DNA of 64,000 nucleotides from Eledone cirrhosa (Eukaryota): NCBI GenBank assembly GCA_964016885.1, contig OZ024740.1, positions 247,442,001 to 247,506,000 of the forward strand, read 5' to 3'. Shown piece by piece: positions 13,320 to 27,507 of this stretch (position 1 is its first letter; each line of letters starts with the position of its first letter). The notes under the pieces were generated by a model. It saw only the letters and a program-made list of their open reading frames with translations, ran no database searches and was not told where the DNA came from. The position numbers and the translations under genes were made by a program.

Positions 13320-14605
13320 TGTGCATTTATCGTAATAAATTAATATTTATTATATTATATTAAATCACTATATTAGTTCCACCTTCATGGGAGGAATGAA
13401 CTCTAAATAATGAATATGTTATTGTACAATATATCTATATTTGCACAAAGTATATATAGCGTTAAACCTAAACGGTAATTATGATTAAGTTATTATACAT
13501 TATAAATATAGATGCAAAAAAAAACAAATGCAGAGATATACGTAACTAATAATATGATTATGTTATTATACAATATACACGTATTTGCAAAAGAAATTAG
13601 GTATAGAGAGATATACTAGGTATTAATGAGACAGTATACTTTTGGTAAATGATAACGATTATAATCTTATATAATAGATTCAAACATGCAAAAGTTAAAT
13701 ACATATATGTAAAAGAGTGTAAACGCATGAATGATTCACAGTTCAAAATAAGGTCCGTAAAAATTTACAGGTTGGATATTTGAACTATATTTAAAACATA
13801 GATAGAAAAATAAAGATCGAGAAATAATGGTATGGATCAAAGTTAATAATATTATGTTATGTATATCAACGTGTCAGCATGTTATTAAACAGATGTCATT
13901 CATTCAAACGTTATTTCTGTTATAGATAATTATAAGATAAAGCAATATTAAAGGCCATTAAGGTTTTCAACTGTTGATTATGTACGTCTAAAAACCAAGT
14001 TTAGTTGCTTAGTGTTTTTTCCTGGTCTTATGGGAGGCTTGAAATGTAGACAAAGCTTTATGAAGGCAATTAGAGAATAATTCACTTTTTTTGTTAATTA
14101 AGGTCTCATAATTATTAATAAATTATATCAAGTAACTGCGCGCTTTGTACAATGGAGACCCTGTTGATTATTAATAATTATGAGAGCTTAATGAACAAAA
14201 AAAGTGATTTTATCCAGGTATTTACGACGGTTTCATTGGTAGGTGTAACCTTATATTGCTATACTGCAAATAGCAGCCACTCAATAATAATTGTTGTACA
14301 CGTCCAAATTTTCAAAATAGTGAGTAAGTTACTCTTAACAAGTTCTTAATATATAGAGAAAATTATTTTGGGGAATTGTATTTGCTAGTATAGAGACAGA
14401 GGAAGAGGAATTAGAAAGTGGAGGGACAAGGGGAGTAGTATAGAGAGAGTGGAAGGGTGAGAAGAATTAGGAAGTAGGGTGACAAACTGAGATGGAGGGG
14501 GTATAGGTGGAAGGAATCTTTTATCAGTTTTGATATATGTAGACATGATGTCGTCGATTTAGAGTGTAGTGAGTTAAAGAGAATTAAATTGTTTATAGTG
14601 GGAGG

Positions 14606-14649
<44 letters not shown>

Positions 14650-14949
14650 GGGTTAGATAGAGAGATAAATATATATATATTTAAATATATATATATATAA
14701 TAATAATAAATAAATAAACAAATAAACAAATAAATAAATAAAATAAAAAAGGGGTCGAAGAAAGAAGGAAAGAAAAGATATTAAAAAAGGGAGAGAGAAG
14801 AAAGGAAGAAAACGAAGAGAAATAGAAAAGGAATGAAGGAGAAGGGAGGGATATAGGTATTGGTTTTTGTGGGTAATTAGAGGGTAGAAAGTCTAAGTAT
14901 ATGCAGTTTGTCAGGTGGTAGTAAGAGGTTAAGGGTTCGATTTGCACTT

Positions 14950-17080
14950 GTAATGCGAAAACCTTTCTGTGAGTCTATGTTTACAATAAATCGATCTTTT
15001 GATTTTATTGTTGAGTAACTTATTCTTCTAACTCAAAATGTGGAACAGCTCAAGGTCGCATAATCGACAGCTTCTCATACCACTCCGATATGGGGACGCG
15101 TTCGATCATTTTTTCCACTTCAGGGTGTATTGATGCTTACTTTCCCTCAGTTGCCAGGTCTTGTTTGCAAGGGTAGTTACATAACGATGCTGGGAATGTT
15201 TCATTGCGTAACGGTGTGTATACCAACGGGCTTTAAATGTATTCCCAGTCGCTCCGATGTAATACCATTTCTGGTTGTCTGATTCCACTGTGCATTGGTA
15301 AACCAGGTTAGACTGCATACATTCGTTATGTAATGGACAGGTTTCAGGTAGGTGGCAATTAAAATTCTTGTCATGGGCAACCTTGGCATTATTAGTGGGC
15401 TGCGATGCTTGTACAAGTGTGTTACGTCTTGTTTGCCTATTAGTGAGTAGTTGTGTATTAGATATTCTGTTGTGTTCAATGGTAATTGTATTGTTATTGT
15501 TATAAATTTGTGTTCTGGTGTTGTTACGTATCTTTTTAGCGTTAAGCATCATAATATGTGCCTCTATGTTTGGTGCCGTGGAGTAAGATAGTCTAATAGA
15601 TTTAGTATTAATGATTTTGCTGTATCTATATGAATCTGGAAAGTGCTAAAGAAGGTAGAGGGTAGGTTAATACTAATAGAGGTGTTAAATAGGGGTTATA
15701 CCAAATATATTTTGTACTGCGTGACCTGCTTGATTTCAATGTTGTATTTCTATTTTCATTATAATTTATAGTTTTATGCGTAAATGTGTTTGTGCGTGTG
15801 TTTCTGGAGTTTGTGTTATGCGTGTTCGTGTGTGCTTTGCGGGGGATTTCATCTATATATTCTACTCTATCTAAGTGGCCTGCCTTGTCTAGTGCGGTAT
15901 TGTAGTACTCTGCATGTTCCTCGAAGATTTGTTGGTTAGACGAGAGGCGGGAGATCCTAAGTGATATGCTGCGCGGAACGGATTTAATTATGGATAGTGG
16001 GTGATTCGAATTACAGTTGATGTATGCTAAGTTTTCAATAATCTTGTGAAAAGGTCTTATAAGTTAACTATTTTAGTGCTATATTCATACGTTATGCTAA
16101 GGCCCAGTTTCCCGATACTTTTTCTAATATTCTTACGCAGTCTTTCTATGCTCTGGTTATTTAGGTTCTTAACTAGGAGAAGGGCCTCGTCTCTGTAGAT
16201 TCCACCGTGAAGGTCGCTAAACTCCCTCTGTAAATTATGTGCTATGTAAATACCTACTAAATCTGTGACTTGAGCCGAGTCATTAGCCCCCATCGTGATG
16301 TCGAAGTTATTTAATCTATCCTTACGTTCCCAATAAGCGTTTTCAAATTTAATTATTGTTTTCCTACCAGCTAATATAATTGTTATCTCGTCGTCTGTCA
16401 GGTCAGAATTGGCTTTGGCGAATGTTAAGGCTTTATCCAAGGTGTTGGGAGATATAGAGGAGTTATAGTCGTTAATGTCAAATTGTATAAACTTAGATAC
16501 TTTTTTGTTAGCTATATTGTTAAACCATTTAATTGTTTCGGTAGTGTTATCCCATAGTTTAATTACTAGTTAATTCTTCATTTGTGCTATCACTCTGTCT
16601 AATATATGTTTACTAATTTTCCAATGTCCGATTTGGACGGGCATATAAGTCTAATTGTAGGGTTATAATCAAAATTTACCTTATGGCCCTTGAGATTAAA
16701 TGTGGGGGTACATGGCCTAAGTGGCTCCGTTCTGTCCTCTATTCCTAGGTGTTTGACTATTTTGTGTGCCTCGTTGTTGATGTTTATCAGTGCCGTCTCG
16801 TTAGTTTTTTTTTTGTATTTCCTATGTAATTCCTTCCGTATGAAGCTATTGTATGTATTAATATCTATCGTATACACATTTGAGGTTTTGTCCACTTTGA
16901 CAATAATTCCATTGGTGGTTCGCAGCTTTTTTAGGAATGTATTCATGTCATTCTGGAGTTTATTATTCCTCCGCTAATTGAATTTGATATTCATAATCAT
17001 CAGTAAGTCCTGTTCAAATGCATCCAGTTGAGGGTTGGTAGATGGGTTCCTACATGATTTGAAGCTGTATATTTCCATGT
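14950..17080 (-). pseudogene. PLE RT + GIY-YIG endonuclease pseudogene
   Basis: ORF pieces 16599-16946, 16057-16440 and 15106-15552 (CPLHNECMQSNLVYQC...YYIGATGNTFKARWYTH). Confidence 0.88.
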
Positions 17081-17104
17081 CGCATTCCACGGTGCGAGTA
17101 TATA

Positions 17105-17460
17105 TATATATATATTTATTAAAATAACAGATTAAAGTTTAAGCAAAGAATCGCTGCTTTCACCCTTAACGGGATCTTCTGAAACTAACAAAGTCAATCT
17201 GTGAACGCAGAAGTGAATCAAAGTATCGTCTTCTTGTCTTCCTCCGGTTGCAACGTTTTTTTGAAATATTCACTTCTGCGTTCACAGATTGAGTTTGTTA
17301 GTTTGAGAAGATCCCGTTAAGGGTGAAAGCAGCGATTCTTTGCTTAAACTTTAATCTGTTATTTTAATAAATATTTGCTCTACGGTTCATACATATATAT
17401 TTGATATATATTTATCCTTATCGAGCGTATTTGGATTTTAGTCTTCAAATTTATTATTAT

Positions 17461-17543
<83 letters not shown>

Positions 17544-17580
17544 TTCAAATTTATTATTATTACTATGTATATATATATAT
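17105..17580. repeat. Inverted repeat of a PLE-terminal-like sequence also carried by non-autonomous Helitrons
   Basis: 17115-17215 inverted with 17270-17372; motif AAGCAAAGAATCGCTGCTTTCACCCTTAACGGGATCTTC recurs at 28160-28395 and 44760-44900. Confidence 0.7.
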
Positions 17581-17711
17581 AGTTGAAAAGGACAAACAGA
17601 CAAACTCAGAGTCATTAGTACTTAGTGTTATTAGCTTCACGCTTGGTGAGAGTGGCGGAGATTACGACGATCCGCACATAAGTCCTTCATCAAGAAAGAA
17701 GGGAGAGAGAG

Positions 17712-17785
<74 letters not shown>

Positions 17786-19280
17786 TTAGTAAGGAGGGAA
17801 GTTAACAGGCAGGACACGAAACGACGGGAAGAATAAAAATAAAGATAAAGAGAATTAAAAAATAAAAGCAGAATTTAAAAAAGTGAAAATGAAGGGGGTG
17901 GGAGGGGTGTACGGGTCCGGGGTGTGTGAGCGGGGATAGTGGAAGGTAAGGTGTTTGTGTAGATGTAGAAGTGTGTGTATATATATGTGTGGATGTAAGT
18001 TTGAGAGTCTGGAAGGAAGCGAGTGCATCTGAATGTGGGTTTTGAAAAAAAACCCATTGTTTGTTGGGGTGGAGTGTATGTATGTCTGTGCGTGTATAGT
18101 CCCTGTATGGGATTGGGTGTGTATGTGTATTTGTGGATGGATGCCGACGGATGAGATAAGATCGTGTCAAACCCGGAGTTGGTGTGGGGTGAAGTGTGGG
18201 TGTATGTATAGATGTGCATGTGTGTGTGTGTGTGTGTGTGTTTGTGTGGTTAAAAGAAGGGGATGCGTTGTTGTCTGTAGGTGACGTGGGTTAGGGTTAG
18301 GTGCGTAGTTGCGTGTGTGCGGAAATGGTGCAAGTGTCTGTGTGTCTATGTTTTTCAATGAATGATGGTGTGTGTGTGTGTGTACGTGTGGATGGTAAAA
18401 TCCGAGGGTACAGCAGGTAGATTTCAACGTGCGCAAGCGGGAATAGTCATGTCGAAAGAGTGGGAGGAGCGGGTGGAGAGGGGTGGTGATGGCCAGATAA
18501 TGTGTGAGAGGGAGGGGAGGAGACGGTGCCAAAAAACAGTATTTGGTGGGTGAGAGTAATAGGTGCTACTATGTGCGCGTTAAAGGTGGTTAGCTCTGTA
18601 GACATGCAGCTGTGTATGGGCGGAGGTGGCTGAGAGTGGCATGTGTGTATGTATGTGTGTGTAGAAAACGTAGTGGACATGCGAGGTAGTATTTTCAGTA
18701 TGTATGGGAGGGATCAGTCGGTCGCTGTTTAGATGTGTATATACACGTGAATGTATATACTGGTGTGTGTGCGTAGAGGGGTAGAGTTAGTGGTGATAGT
18801 AGGGGGAGGTGCCGGGAGAGAAGAAGGTGCGAGTGTGTGGTTGGTGAGGGATGAACAAGGTTAATGTGTTAGTAGGGGCTTAGTGGGTAGGCGGTAAGGT
18901 GGAGGCAAAGGGTGTGTGTGTATGAACGTTGTTGAGTGGGGGTGGTAGGTGTGGGTTGTGGTAGGCTAGTGAAGTTAGTGGCAACTAGGGCTGGGTGATG
19001 GTCGGTGGTGGAGAGTGGTCAGTCGTGGGCTAAAGGAAGAAGGGTTGGGAGTTCAAAGGTGCATGTCAATAGTTGGAAAAAATAAATATATATATAAACA
19101 AAATTTGTCTTTGCGCTAACATGGTGGATACAATAATAATATTAATATTAGGTTCATTGCAAGCAAAGAGCCTTCAAACGCCTTGTTGTTTTCTAAATGA
19201 CTGATGTCATCCTCTTGTTCCTCTCGTCACTGCTACACACTGAAACTACTGAGAATACAGGGTATTATTAAATGTATAGA

Positions 19281-19466
19281 AGAGCGGTGGATTGGCAGTA
19301 TCGGTAGAGAGTCGGACGCCATGCTTTCCAGCATAGTTACGTCTCTTTACGGTCTGAGTTCAAATCCCGTCGAAGTTAACTTTGCTTTTCATCCTTATGG
19401 GGTCGATAAAATAAAGTAGCAGTAATGCACTGGATAATTGCTGGCCTTGTGCCTAAAGTAGAAACA
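19281..19466 (+). mobile_element. tRNA-derived SINE
   Basis: A-box-like TGGCAGTATCGG, B-box GAGTTCAAATCC; TSD ATTATTAAATGTATAGA at 19264-19280 and 19467-19483. Confidence 0.9.
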
Positions 19467-19589
19467 ATTATTAAATGTATAGATCGACTGATTAGCCTCG
19501 TTTGCATAGCGAGCTTTTATACTCGGTTGATGTTAAGAGCAAAAACACAGTTGCAGTGGGTATTTGATACGAGAATATGGTGTCCAGCA

Positions 19590-19645
19590 GAAGGGGAAAA
19601 TCGTCGATGATTTTCGGACTTAACTGGCCCTCATCAGGACGATCC
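19590..19645 (-). ncRNA. Hammerhead ribozyme-like motif
   Basis: Minus strand CTGATGA-GGGCCAGTTAAGTCC-GAAA-ATCATCGACGAT-TT; stem I pairing is poor. Confidence 0.5.
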
Positions 19646-20113
19646 ATCCCACACTTGCGACTGCTGGACTTGAAAACAGTCGAGAATATATAGTTTTCTC
19701 GTCTGTGTAAATGATGTGATTAATCTCATTTGCATATGAAGCTGCATAAGTTGGTTCAACTTATAATAGAATAGAATTAGGATTTAGCTGTATACAGATA
19801 TGTATAGAAAATTCGTATTTCTAAAAAAAGCCAAATTGTGCAGTTTTATAAAGGTAGGATATGATTTCAGTGTGATTTGGTTGCTATATCCAGTAAGTCC
19901 TACAAACACAAACATAGCAATGAAGAAGTATTTAAGTGGTCATTCGACTTGCTAGAAATTGCATCCCAAACTCCTTCAAATCAAACATTAACGACTTTAA
20001 AAAAGAATGAGACACGAGAAAATGAGCGTCTGAAATATTTAGGTTTAGATATTTTAAAATCATTATGTCTAGGATTTGTTAGGGAGAAGGAATAAACTAC
20101 ACTTATTACATAC

Positions 20114-20286
20114 CGTTCCCTTTATTGACTTGAAGAACTGAGAGACACCATGGAAGAACGTCTTAAATTTACCTCCAATACCTTTATCTATGGCCTCTTT
20201 CACTTTAGCTTGGATTTTCTGTACGTCCAAACCTTCACAGGAACTGAATTGGCAGCAGACAGTGATCAGCACAAGTAAACAGACAA
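20114..20286 (-). CDS. Putative internal exon of a secreted protein/peptide precursor (signal peptide + amphipathic cationic helix)
   Basis: Acceptor TTATTTTACAG and donor GTATGT bound a 173 bp stop-free, non-repetitive segment: VCLLVLITVCCQFSSCEG-LDVQKIQAKVKEAIDKGIGGKFKTFFHGVSQFFKSIKGT. Confidence 0.6.
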
Positions 20287-20369
20287 CTGTAAAATAATTA
20301 TATATATATATAAGTGTGTGTGTGTGTATATATATTACCATTTGTTTATGAATGAATATATATATATAT

Positions 20370-20780
20370 TCATTCATAAACCAATGGTAAATTTATTTTT
20401 TATTTATTTTATTCATGTTTTTAAAATAGCCTTTTGTTTGAATTTCAGAATTTCAGACTTTCAGATTATGCAAATATTAAAAAAAATAAATAAAGGATAA
20501 TTAAAATCTAAATTTATTTTATTGGTCATGCCCTTTTCACTGACAACATACCTAATGATTCTTCCAAGTGTGAAGCATTATATATCCTGACTGTAATAAG
20601 GAGCAGTATTAAAAAATCACATTTGGACAAAACTAATAATATTTTTATATAAATGATTAGTTTTAAACAAACGGCAATAAAAATTCTGCTATATTTCCTA
20701 CTTTACTTAAAATTCATAATTCAATGGTCAAATATTGTAACTTTAATAAAATACACGGGAATCACCGAGTAGCTCAGCTA

Positions 20781-20781
<1 letters not shown>
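20370..20781 (+). mobile_element. Older Helitron 3'-end fragment of the copy A/B family
   Basis: Diverged reverse complement of 1866-2310; ends ...GGGAATCACCGAGTAGCTCAGCTAG|T. Confidence 0.8.
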
Positions 20782-20849
<68 letters not shown>

Positions 20850-20935
20850 TATATTTATATATATATATATACAGATATATTTATATAGATATATATATAC
20901 ACACACATATATATATACACACATATTTATATACA

Positions 20936-20993
<58 letters not shown>

Positions 20994-21049
20994 CACATAT
21001 ATATATATATATACATATATATATATGCACATATATTTATATAGATAGA

Positions 21050-22008
21050 TATACCCTCTGTAGTACGTACAACATCCCTCACTAGCTATGCTGATGACAC
21101 TAAGGTAGCACAGGAAATCAAAAACCCGGCTAACGCTGCCCTTTTACAACAAGATCTGGATGCCATATACAAATGGGCGGAAGACAACAACATGCAGTTT
21201 AATGCTGGCAAATTCCAAGCCCTACAATACAAAGCCGCAAACACGAATACAACACAACACAGTTACACCGGACCAGGAGGGACCGATATTCCCGGGTCGA
21301 AATCGATATGAGACCTGGGTATAGACATGAGCGACGATGCATCTTTTTCCTCACACATCATGAAAGTGGCGACAATGTGCAGACGACTCGCTGGCTGGAT
21401 CTTGACGACTTTCCGGACAAGAGACCGAGACACCATGTTGAGACTATGGAGGACATTTGTCCTAAGCCGCCTGGACTATTGCTCCCAGTTGTGGTCACCC
21501 AATAGTGTCAGCCTAACTACGGAGCTTGAGGCAATCCAGAGAAGCTACACCAAGAGGATTGCGGCGATGAAGGAGATAAGCTACTGGGAGAGGCTGAAAG
21601 AACTGAACCTCTACTCCTTGGAACATTGGGCGCTGGACCAACCGTGGAACAGGAGGTCACTGTGTGTTGCCAAAGGTCCCGCTTTCCACATCTAGAATAA
21701 GGAGCAGATATTGCAATAGCCTGGTGTTCAAGGGCCCCCAACTCTTCAAGAAACTGCCGAGGGATCTGAGAGTTCTGCATGGTGTGGATGTGGATGTCGT
21801 CAAGAAACATCTCGTCACCTTGCTATCCAGGATCCCGGATGAGTCCACAGCAAGGCACGAGGGAAACCTAAGGGCAGCAGCAACGAACTCCCTCTTGCAC
21901 CAGTGGCCTACGAATACAGGCTGGAGTTAAAATGTGTAGCAACAAGGGCGGTGCCCCAGCATGGCCTCAGCCGGATGGCTGGACAAGGTGAAAGAGTAAA
22001 AGAGTAAT
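21050..22008 (+). mobile_element. CR1/L2-group LINE, 5'-truncated RT 3' end
   Basis: SYADDTK, QQDLDAIYKWAEDNNMQFN, RLDYCSQLWSP, YWERLKELNLYSLE; 3' tail GGTGCCCCAGCATGGCC...(AAGAGTAA) repeats. Confidence 0.88.
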
Positions 22009-22015
22009 ATACATG

Positions 22016-22151
<136 letters not shown>

Positions 22152-22228
22152 GTACACATATACGTATATATATATATGTATGGATATATATATATATCTA
22201 CATATATATGTACACACACACACACACA

Positions 22229-22264
<36 letters not shown>

Positions 22265-22306
22265 GATATATATATATATCTACATATATATGTACACACA
22301 CACACA

Positions 22307-22415
<109 letters not shown>

Positions 22416-22420
22416 GTATA

Positions 22421-22460
<40 letters not shown>

Positions 22461-22529
22461 AATATATGTTGTTATGCTTTGGGAGGGTCATGTTGCAAAT
22501 AAGTGGTTGCTTTCACACCAATTTATTAT

Positions 22530-24330
22530 AAATTAAATTTATAAATTTAAGAATTTATAAATTTCCGGTTGGTTGGTTGGTTGGTTCCATAACCGGACGA
22601 TTGTTCATATATTGTCAATGTTCTTTCGTCACCCAATCTGTGAACTCTTCAGTGACTGGGGATCCTTTTCTTTGTTTTGTGCCTCTCCTTCGTTCTGTCC
22701 TACGCCATCTTGTTTTTGTCTTTGTTGTGTGCTTAGTTTGCGCATGTGTTACATCCGGGTGCCTGTGTGTGTTTTATTTGTTTATTTACATGTTACTGGT
22801 TGGTTGTTTATTCTATGTGTGTGTGTGTTTTCAGTTTGTCCTTAGTTGTAAGTTGTGATGTTGCTATTCCATTCATGTTGTCTATTTAATTTTGATTGGA
22901 GTTCATTTATGTTTATTGCCTCTGTAATTTGTCTAAACTGCGTCTTTTCTGTGTGTAGATTCTATTTTTATTTCTATGTTGTCTAATTTGCCCTTATGTT
23001 CTATTTTAGCATGTTGGTGGAGTATTGATGATTCTTTTTTTATCTTGAAGTTCTCGCCAGTGTTCATTTAACCGTTCTCCTATACTACGAGCTGTCTCAC
23101 CTATGTACACTATATTCTTATCTTTACATTGTCCTTCAGTAGATCTTATGCTATATACTACATTTCTAGTTTTACAGTTAATATGGGGGCTTAGTTTACA
23201 GATTATGCATTTTTTATCTATACAGAGAGGTATTTTTTAATCTATACAGGGAGTGTTTTTATGGAGGTACCTGGCCTTTCTACTATCTTAATATTAAGTT
23301 TATGTTTATCTAGGGCCCTTCTAAATTTGTAAGCTAATTCACCTCTAGGGGTTGTATTGATGAACATTACACTCTGGTATTTATTGCTATTATACCATGA
23401 GTTTATTCTATTAACCTTATTCCTAGTTCTTTCTATTCTATTCCAAAATTTGCTCCTATACAAGGGGCAGGTCATTATTTACCATTTTTTTCCCATTTGG
23501 TTCTGGCTCCTCTATATACTCTGATGTTATCTCTCTGATTGTAACCAGAGAACAGCATACGATGGATGAAGTGTTGTATGTGTCTCTCTAGTTCTTTGGG
23601 GTTGCACATGCGGGACACGTTTCTCATCACCCGTACCAAATCCGCAATCAGTATGTTGATTTTGGTGTGATCCGAAGCAGCTGAGTTTCGGTGGATCAGA
23701 TATTTGGAAGTCATAGGTTTGGCATAATGGGAATGGAGGATTTGTTTTTTGTTATTAATGGTTTCTAACCAGAGCTCTGTGACTAGTACAGGTAATCGAT
23801 GGTTGGGGCGTTTGCTTGGGTAGTCTATAGTAACGCTAATACTCTGGTGGATGGAGTTAACTATTTGCTGGATGCTTTCCATGGTGTTTTTCTCTATTCC
23901 TGACGGTTCTCTAGTGGAGGTGTTTTTAATATCATCAACGTAGCGGGAGTACATTATAAAGTTTAAGAGGTTGCTGTCTTCTAATTGTTCTTTAAGTTTA
24001 AGTTTAAGTCTATTGTCCCATCATACCATGAATAGGTTAGCTGTATCACCTGCAGTGCTAACAGCAATGTCTGCTCCCTCCTCTTGGGCATATGTTCTTC
24101 CATTAAATTTGAACATATGTTCCTTAAGGGTTAGTTTTATACTGGCCCCCACCACATGTGCAATCATTTGTTTAGTTCATCGTGGTTTTCGGGGGTCCGT
24201 ATGGCTTGGGTCGACCCGTTCCATCTTTCTGTGTGGGTTTTCTTGGCCTATGAGGTAATGGTAGGTGGTCTGCCTCTTGCTGGTCTTGTAGGGCAAAGGT
24301 TGCTAAGGTCATATCGGTTTCAACACAATT
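22530..24330 (-). mobile_element. Penelope-like retroelement (Neptune-like architecture), 5'-truncated
   Basis: RYVDD RT core, HYAKPM thumb, Cys-rich linker and VVYSI...VYIGETARSIGERLNEH GIY-YIG domain at ~22880-23230; frameshifted. Confidence 0.85.
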
Positions 24331-24528
24331 TTCAGATAAAGAATCTTGCTAAACAAATTCAGAAACGAAATATAAATATATATATATATGTATATATATG
24401 ACAGTCGATCGACTTTCGTCAAATCGGACCAAGGAAACAATGTTTCCATTGGTCTTTCCTATTGCTAATAATATCTATCGGTCGCAATGTATATATATGT
24501 ATATACATGTATACACACACACACACAC

Positions 24529-24665
<137 letters not shown>

Positions 24666-25459
24666 GGTTTTTTACGACACACACTGGGCTCTCATTGCCA
24701 CGTGCGTCATTCTAAATGCATGCTTCATTTAGTTTTCTAAGATACCTAGAATTGAAGAGTTAACTAATTCCTTACATCCACTGATGAGCATAAGAATTGG
24801 TAATACCTCCCTCACACCCTACCTAATCCTTTTTCTTTAATAAATTAAATATCATCCACCAAGAATTGCTTCCCCTGCATATTAACTCTCTAAAAAGGGA
24901 AATCATATCAAACCTCAGTCCACCATTTGCCTCCATCATGGAATCATGGATCATCTAAGCACTCATGTTACATTAAAACATTTTGATCTGCTTAACTTCA
25001 ATGACTATGCTTGTAAATAACATTATTTTTTCTTCCGCATTGACTTTTTATGCTATACATTATGCACGTTTTTTTATTTTTTATTTTTTATTATCTCTTC
25101 ATAAACCTTGTTTGTAAATAATATTATTCCTTTCTGCACCTTCTGTTTAACATGTGCGACACCACACTAATACTTTTCACTATCATTTGATAATGCATAA
25201 AAATGCTGAAACCGGTAATATACAATAATTAAATATATAAATAGATAAATAAATGCCATTGTTAAATAATAAATAAATCAGCTAATACCTTAACACTTCA
25301 CACAAAGTAAAACATTTCGTTTGAATCAGTTTCTAACCCAGAAAAAAGAGAGGGAGAAACAAAAAAAGGAAAAAAAAATATTTTTCTTCCTAATAATCGT
25401 CTCTTTCTCCCTGTTTTCATATTTATATATCATAACTCGTGTGCCTCCTCTCCATATTT

Positions 25460-25504
<45 letters not shown>

Positions 25505-25506
<2 letters not shown>

Positions 25507-25570
25507 CGCATTTCAAAAACAAATATGATCATGGAATGATATTTGCGTTCTCATCAGATAAAATAAGGAG
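25505..25570 (-). ncRNA. Hammerhead ribozyme motif (same family as 53945/55446)
   Basis: Minus strand TATTTTAT-CTGATGA-GAACGCAAATATCA...TATTTGTTTTT-GAAA-TGCGC, truncated by (TA)n. Confidence 0.65.
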
Positions 25571-25850
25571 ACATCATGATATGAAGCTTAAAAAATACTT
25601 GCGAGCAGTGAAGTGTCAAATCAGCATATTTGCATTGTTTATTGTGCTACAATAAAACTCACCACCTACATATAAATACATATATATGTATACATATATA
25701 TATATATACATATATATATACATACATGTATACATATATATACATATATCTACATATATATATATACACACACACATATACATATATACACACACATATA
25801 TATATATACATAATTGTAAATATATATATATATATAGATGTATATATATA

Positions 25851-25941
<91 letters not shown>

Positions 25942-25945
25942 ATAT

Positions 25946-25984
<39 letters not shown>

Positions 25985-25986
25985 CT

Positions 25987-26036
<50 letters not shown>

Positions 26037-26039
26037 TAC

Positions 26040-26111
<72 letters not shown>

Positions 26112-26174
26112 TTAGTTAAGCAAAACAAGACCACATTTATGTAACATTCTTTCCATATTTTAATTTATATTCTT

Positions 26175-26300
26175 TGAAGTTCCGATGAGCCGCTCTATCT
26201 TTACCTATATTAATTATTTTCAACTGAACCAGATGAATAATGATTTATAGTCATTTGATCCAGAAATATTATATGGAGTAGCGAAACAATTGTAAAGGGA
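26175..26300 (+). ncRNA. Hammerhead-like motif with extended stem II
   Basis: CCGATGA-GCCGCTCTAT...ATGGAGTAGC-GAAA-CAATTG-TA-AAGGGA. Confidence 0.5.
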
Positions 26301-26422
26301 CATTATTATTATTAATATTATTATTATTATTCTCTACATTCCTTACATCAAACTAAAATATGTTGACAATCTTTTAATAATGTCTTCCTTGTGAAATTTG
26401 TGGTCTTGTTTTGCTTAACTAA

Positions 26423-26471
<49 letters not shown>

Positions 26472-27170
26472 CATATATATATATACATATATATTTATGT
26501 GTATATATATCTGGTCACTCTTCCCTACATGTCTCAGTCATGGGTGTCCTTTTACTTTTACATCATGGATCACAGGCCTCGCACACCATGACGGAACAAA
26601 GTCAGATTCACTGCCTTGGGTCCTATTCCCCTCTTGGACTCAACTCACCTCCCCGATTTCTCGAATACCGCGTCCATTATCACACCTCTACATTCCTATC
26701 GCTTTCTCTTGATCATTTGCAGCTTCTCTTACAACTAATACATGCCGACTATATATGCTCACTCCACTTTTCCCTTCACTGCTCTTTATACACACATACA
26801 CACATTTATATTAACATACTTTTGCTCATAGATTCGTACTTACATGCACACACACTCTTTTACTCACATATACACACACATGTCTTCTTAGCTTCGTACG
26901 GACGTATACTAACACACACATACACACACACACACACACATGCTTATGGACGTGCACAGGTATAGCTCTTTTTACAAAACAGTTTTTTTTTCCATTTCAG
27001 GTAGACGCGCTCCATTATCCACTTTTCTAAAAAAATAAATCATACACAAAACGCCAGCACCATCAGTTTTGCAAGAGATGTCAACATGAATGGACCTGTT
27101 ATTTTTATCTAAAGACTTTTTTTCCAATTCCAACCCACCCGTCCCCTCAATCTATCTTATTTCTCATTCT

Positions 27171-27208
27171 TTCTTCTGATGAAGGACAAGCGTCCGAAAC
27201 GACAAGAC
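27171..27208 (+). ncRNA. Minimal hammerhead motif, cleavage triplet apparently mutated
   Basis: TCTT-CTGATGA-AGGACAAGCGTCC-GAAA-CG-AC-AAGA. Confidence 0.6.
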
Positions 27209-27289
27209 CCTCTTCCTGTTATATCAAGCGTTAACCGAATATATCCCTTACATATACTGTATCGATTATGTTGTTATTTCTGTTTACCT

Positions 27290-27321
<32 letters not shown>

Positions 27322-27507
27322 AATAATAAAGTATATATCCATACACGCAAAAAGCGTCCAGGGACACATGTATTGTCCAGCCATATGCCAATGTGGTTAA
27401 ATGGCTATTTAATAAATTAACGAGCCAGAACATATATAATCAAGGTTTAGCAAATAAGAAAAAGTTTCAAAATAAATTTCAAAAAATTCACTGTACTCAC
27501 TATGGTT

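Larger units (their letters stand above)
12362..17095 (-). mobile_element. Penelope-like retroelement, near full-length, degenerate, with long 3' region
   Basis: RT (VKVDKTSN, ITMGANDSAQVTDLVG, GIYRDE) and C-terminal GIY-YIG remnants; HHR in the terminal region near 12503-12556; both ends abut (TA)n. Confidence 0.85.

Noticed and set aside
17700-19080. His/Pro/Thr-rich minus-strand ORFs
   Set aside because: Low-complexity GT/GA-rich DNA, probably a retroelement 3' region; no recognisable domain.
19281-19370. tRNA genes suggested by A/B boxes (also 60963-61035)
   Set aside because: No complete cloverleaf; they are SINE heads with TSDs and LINE-like tails.
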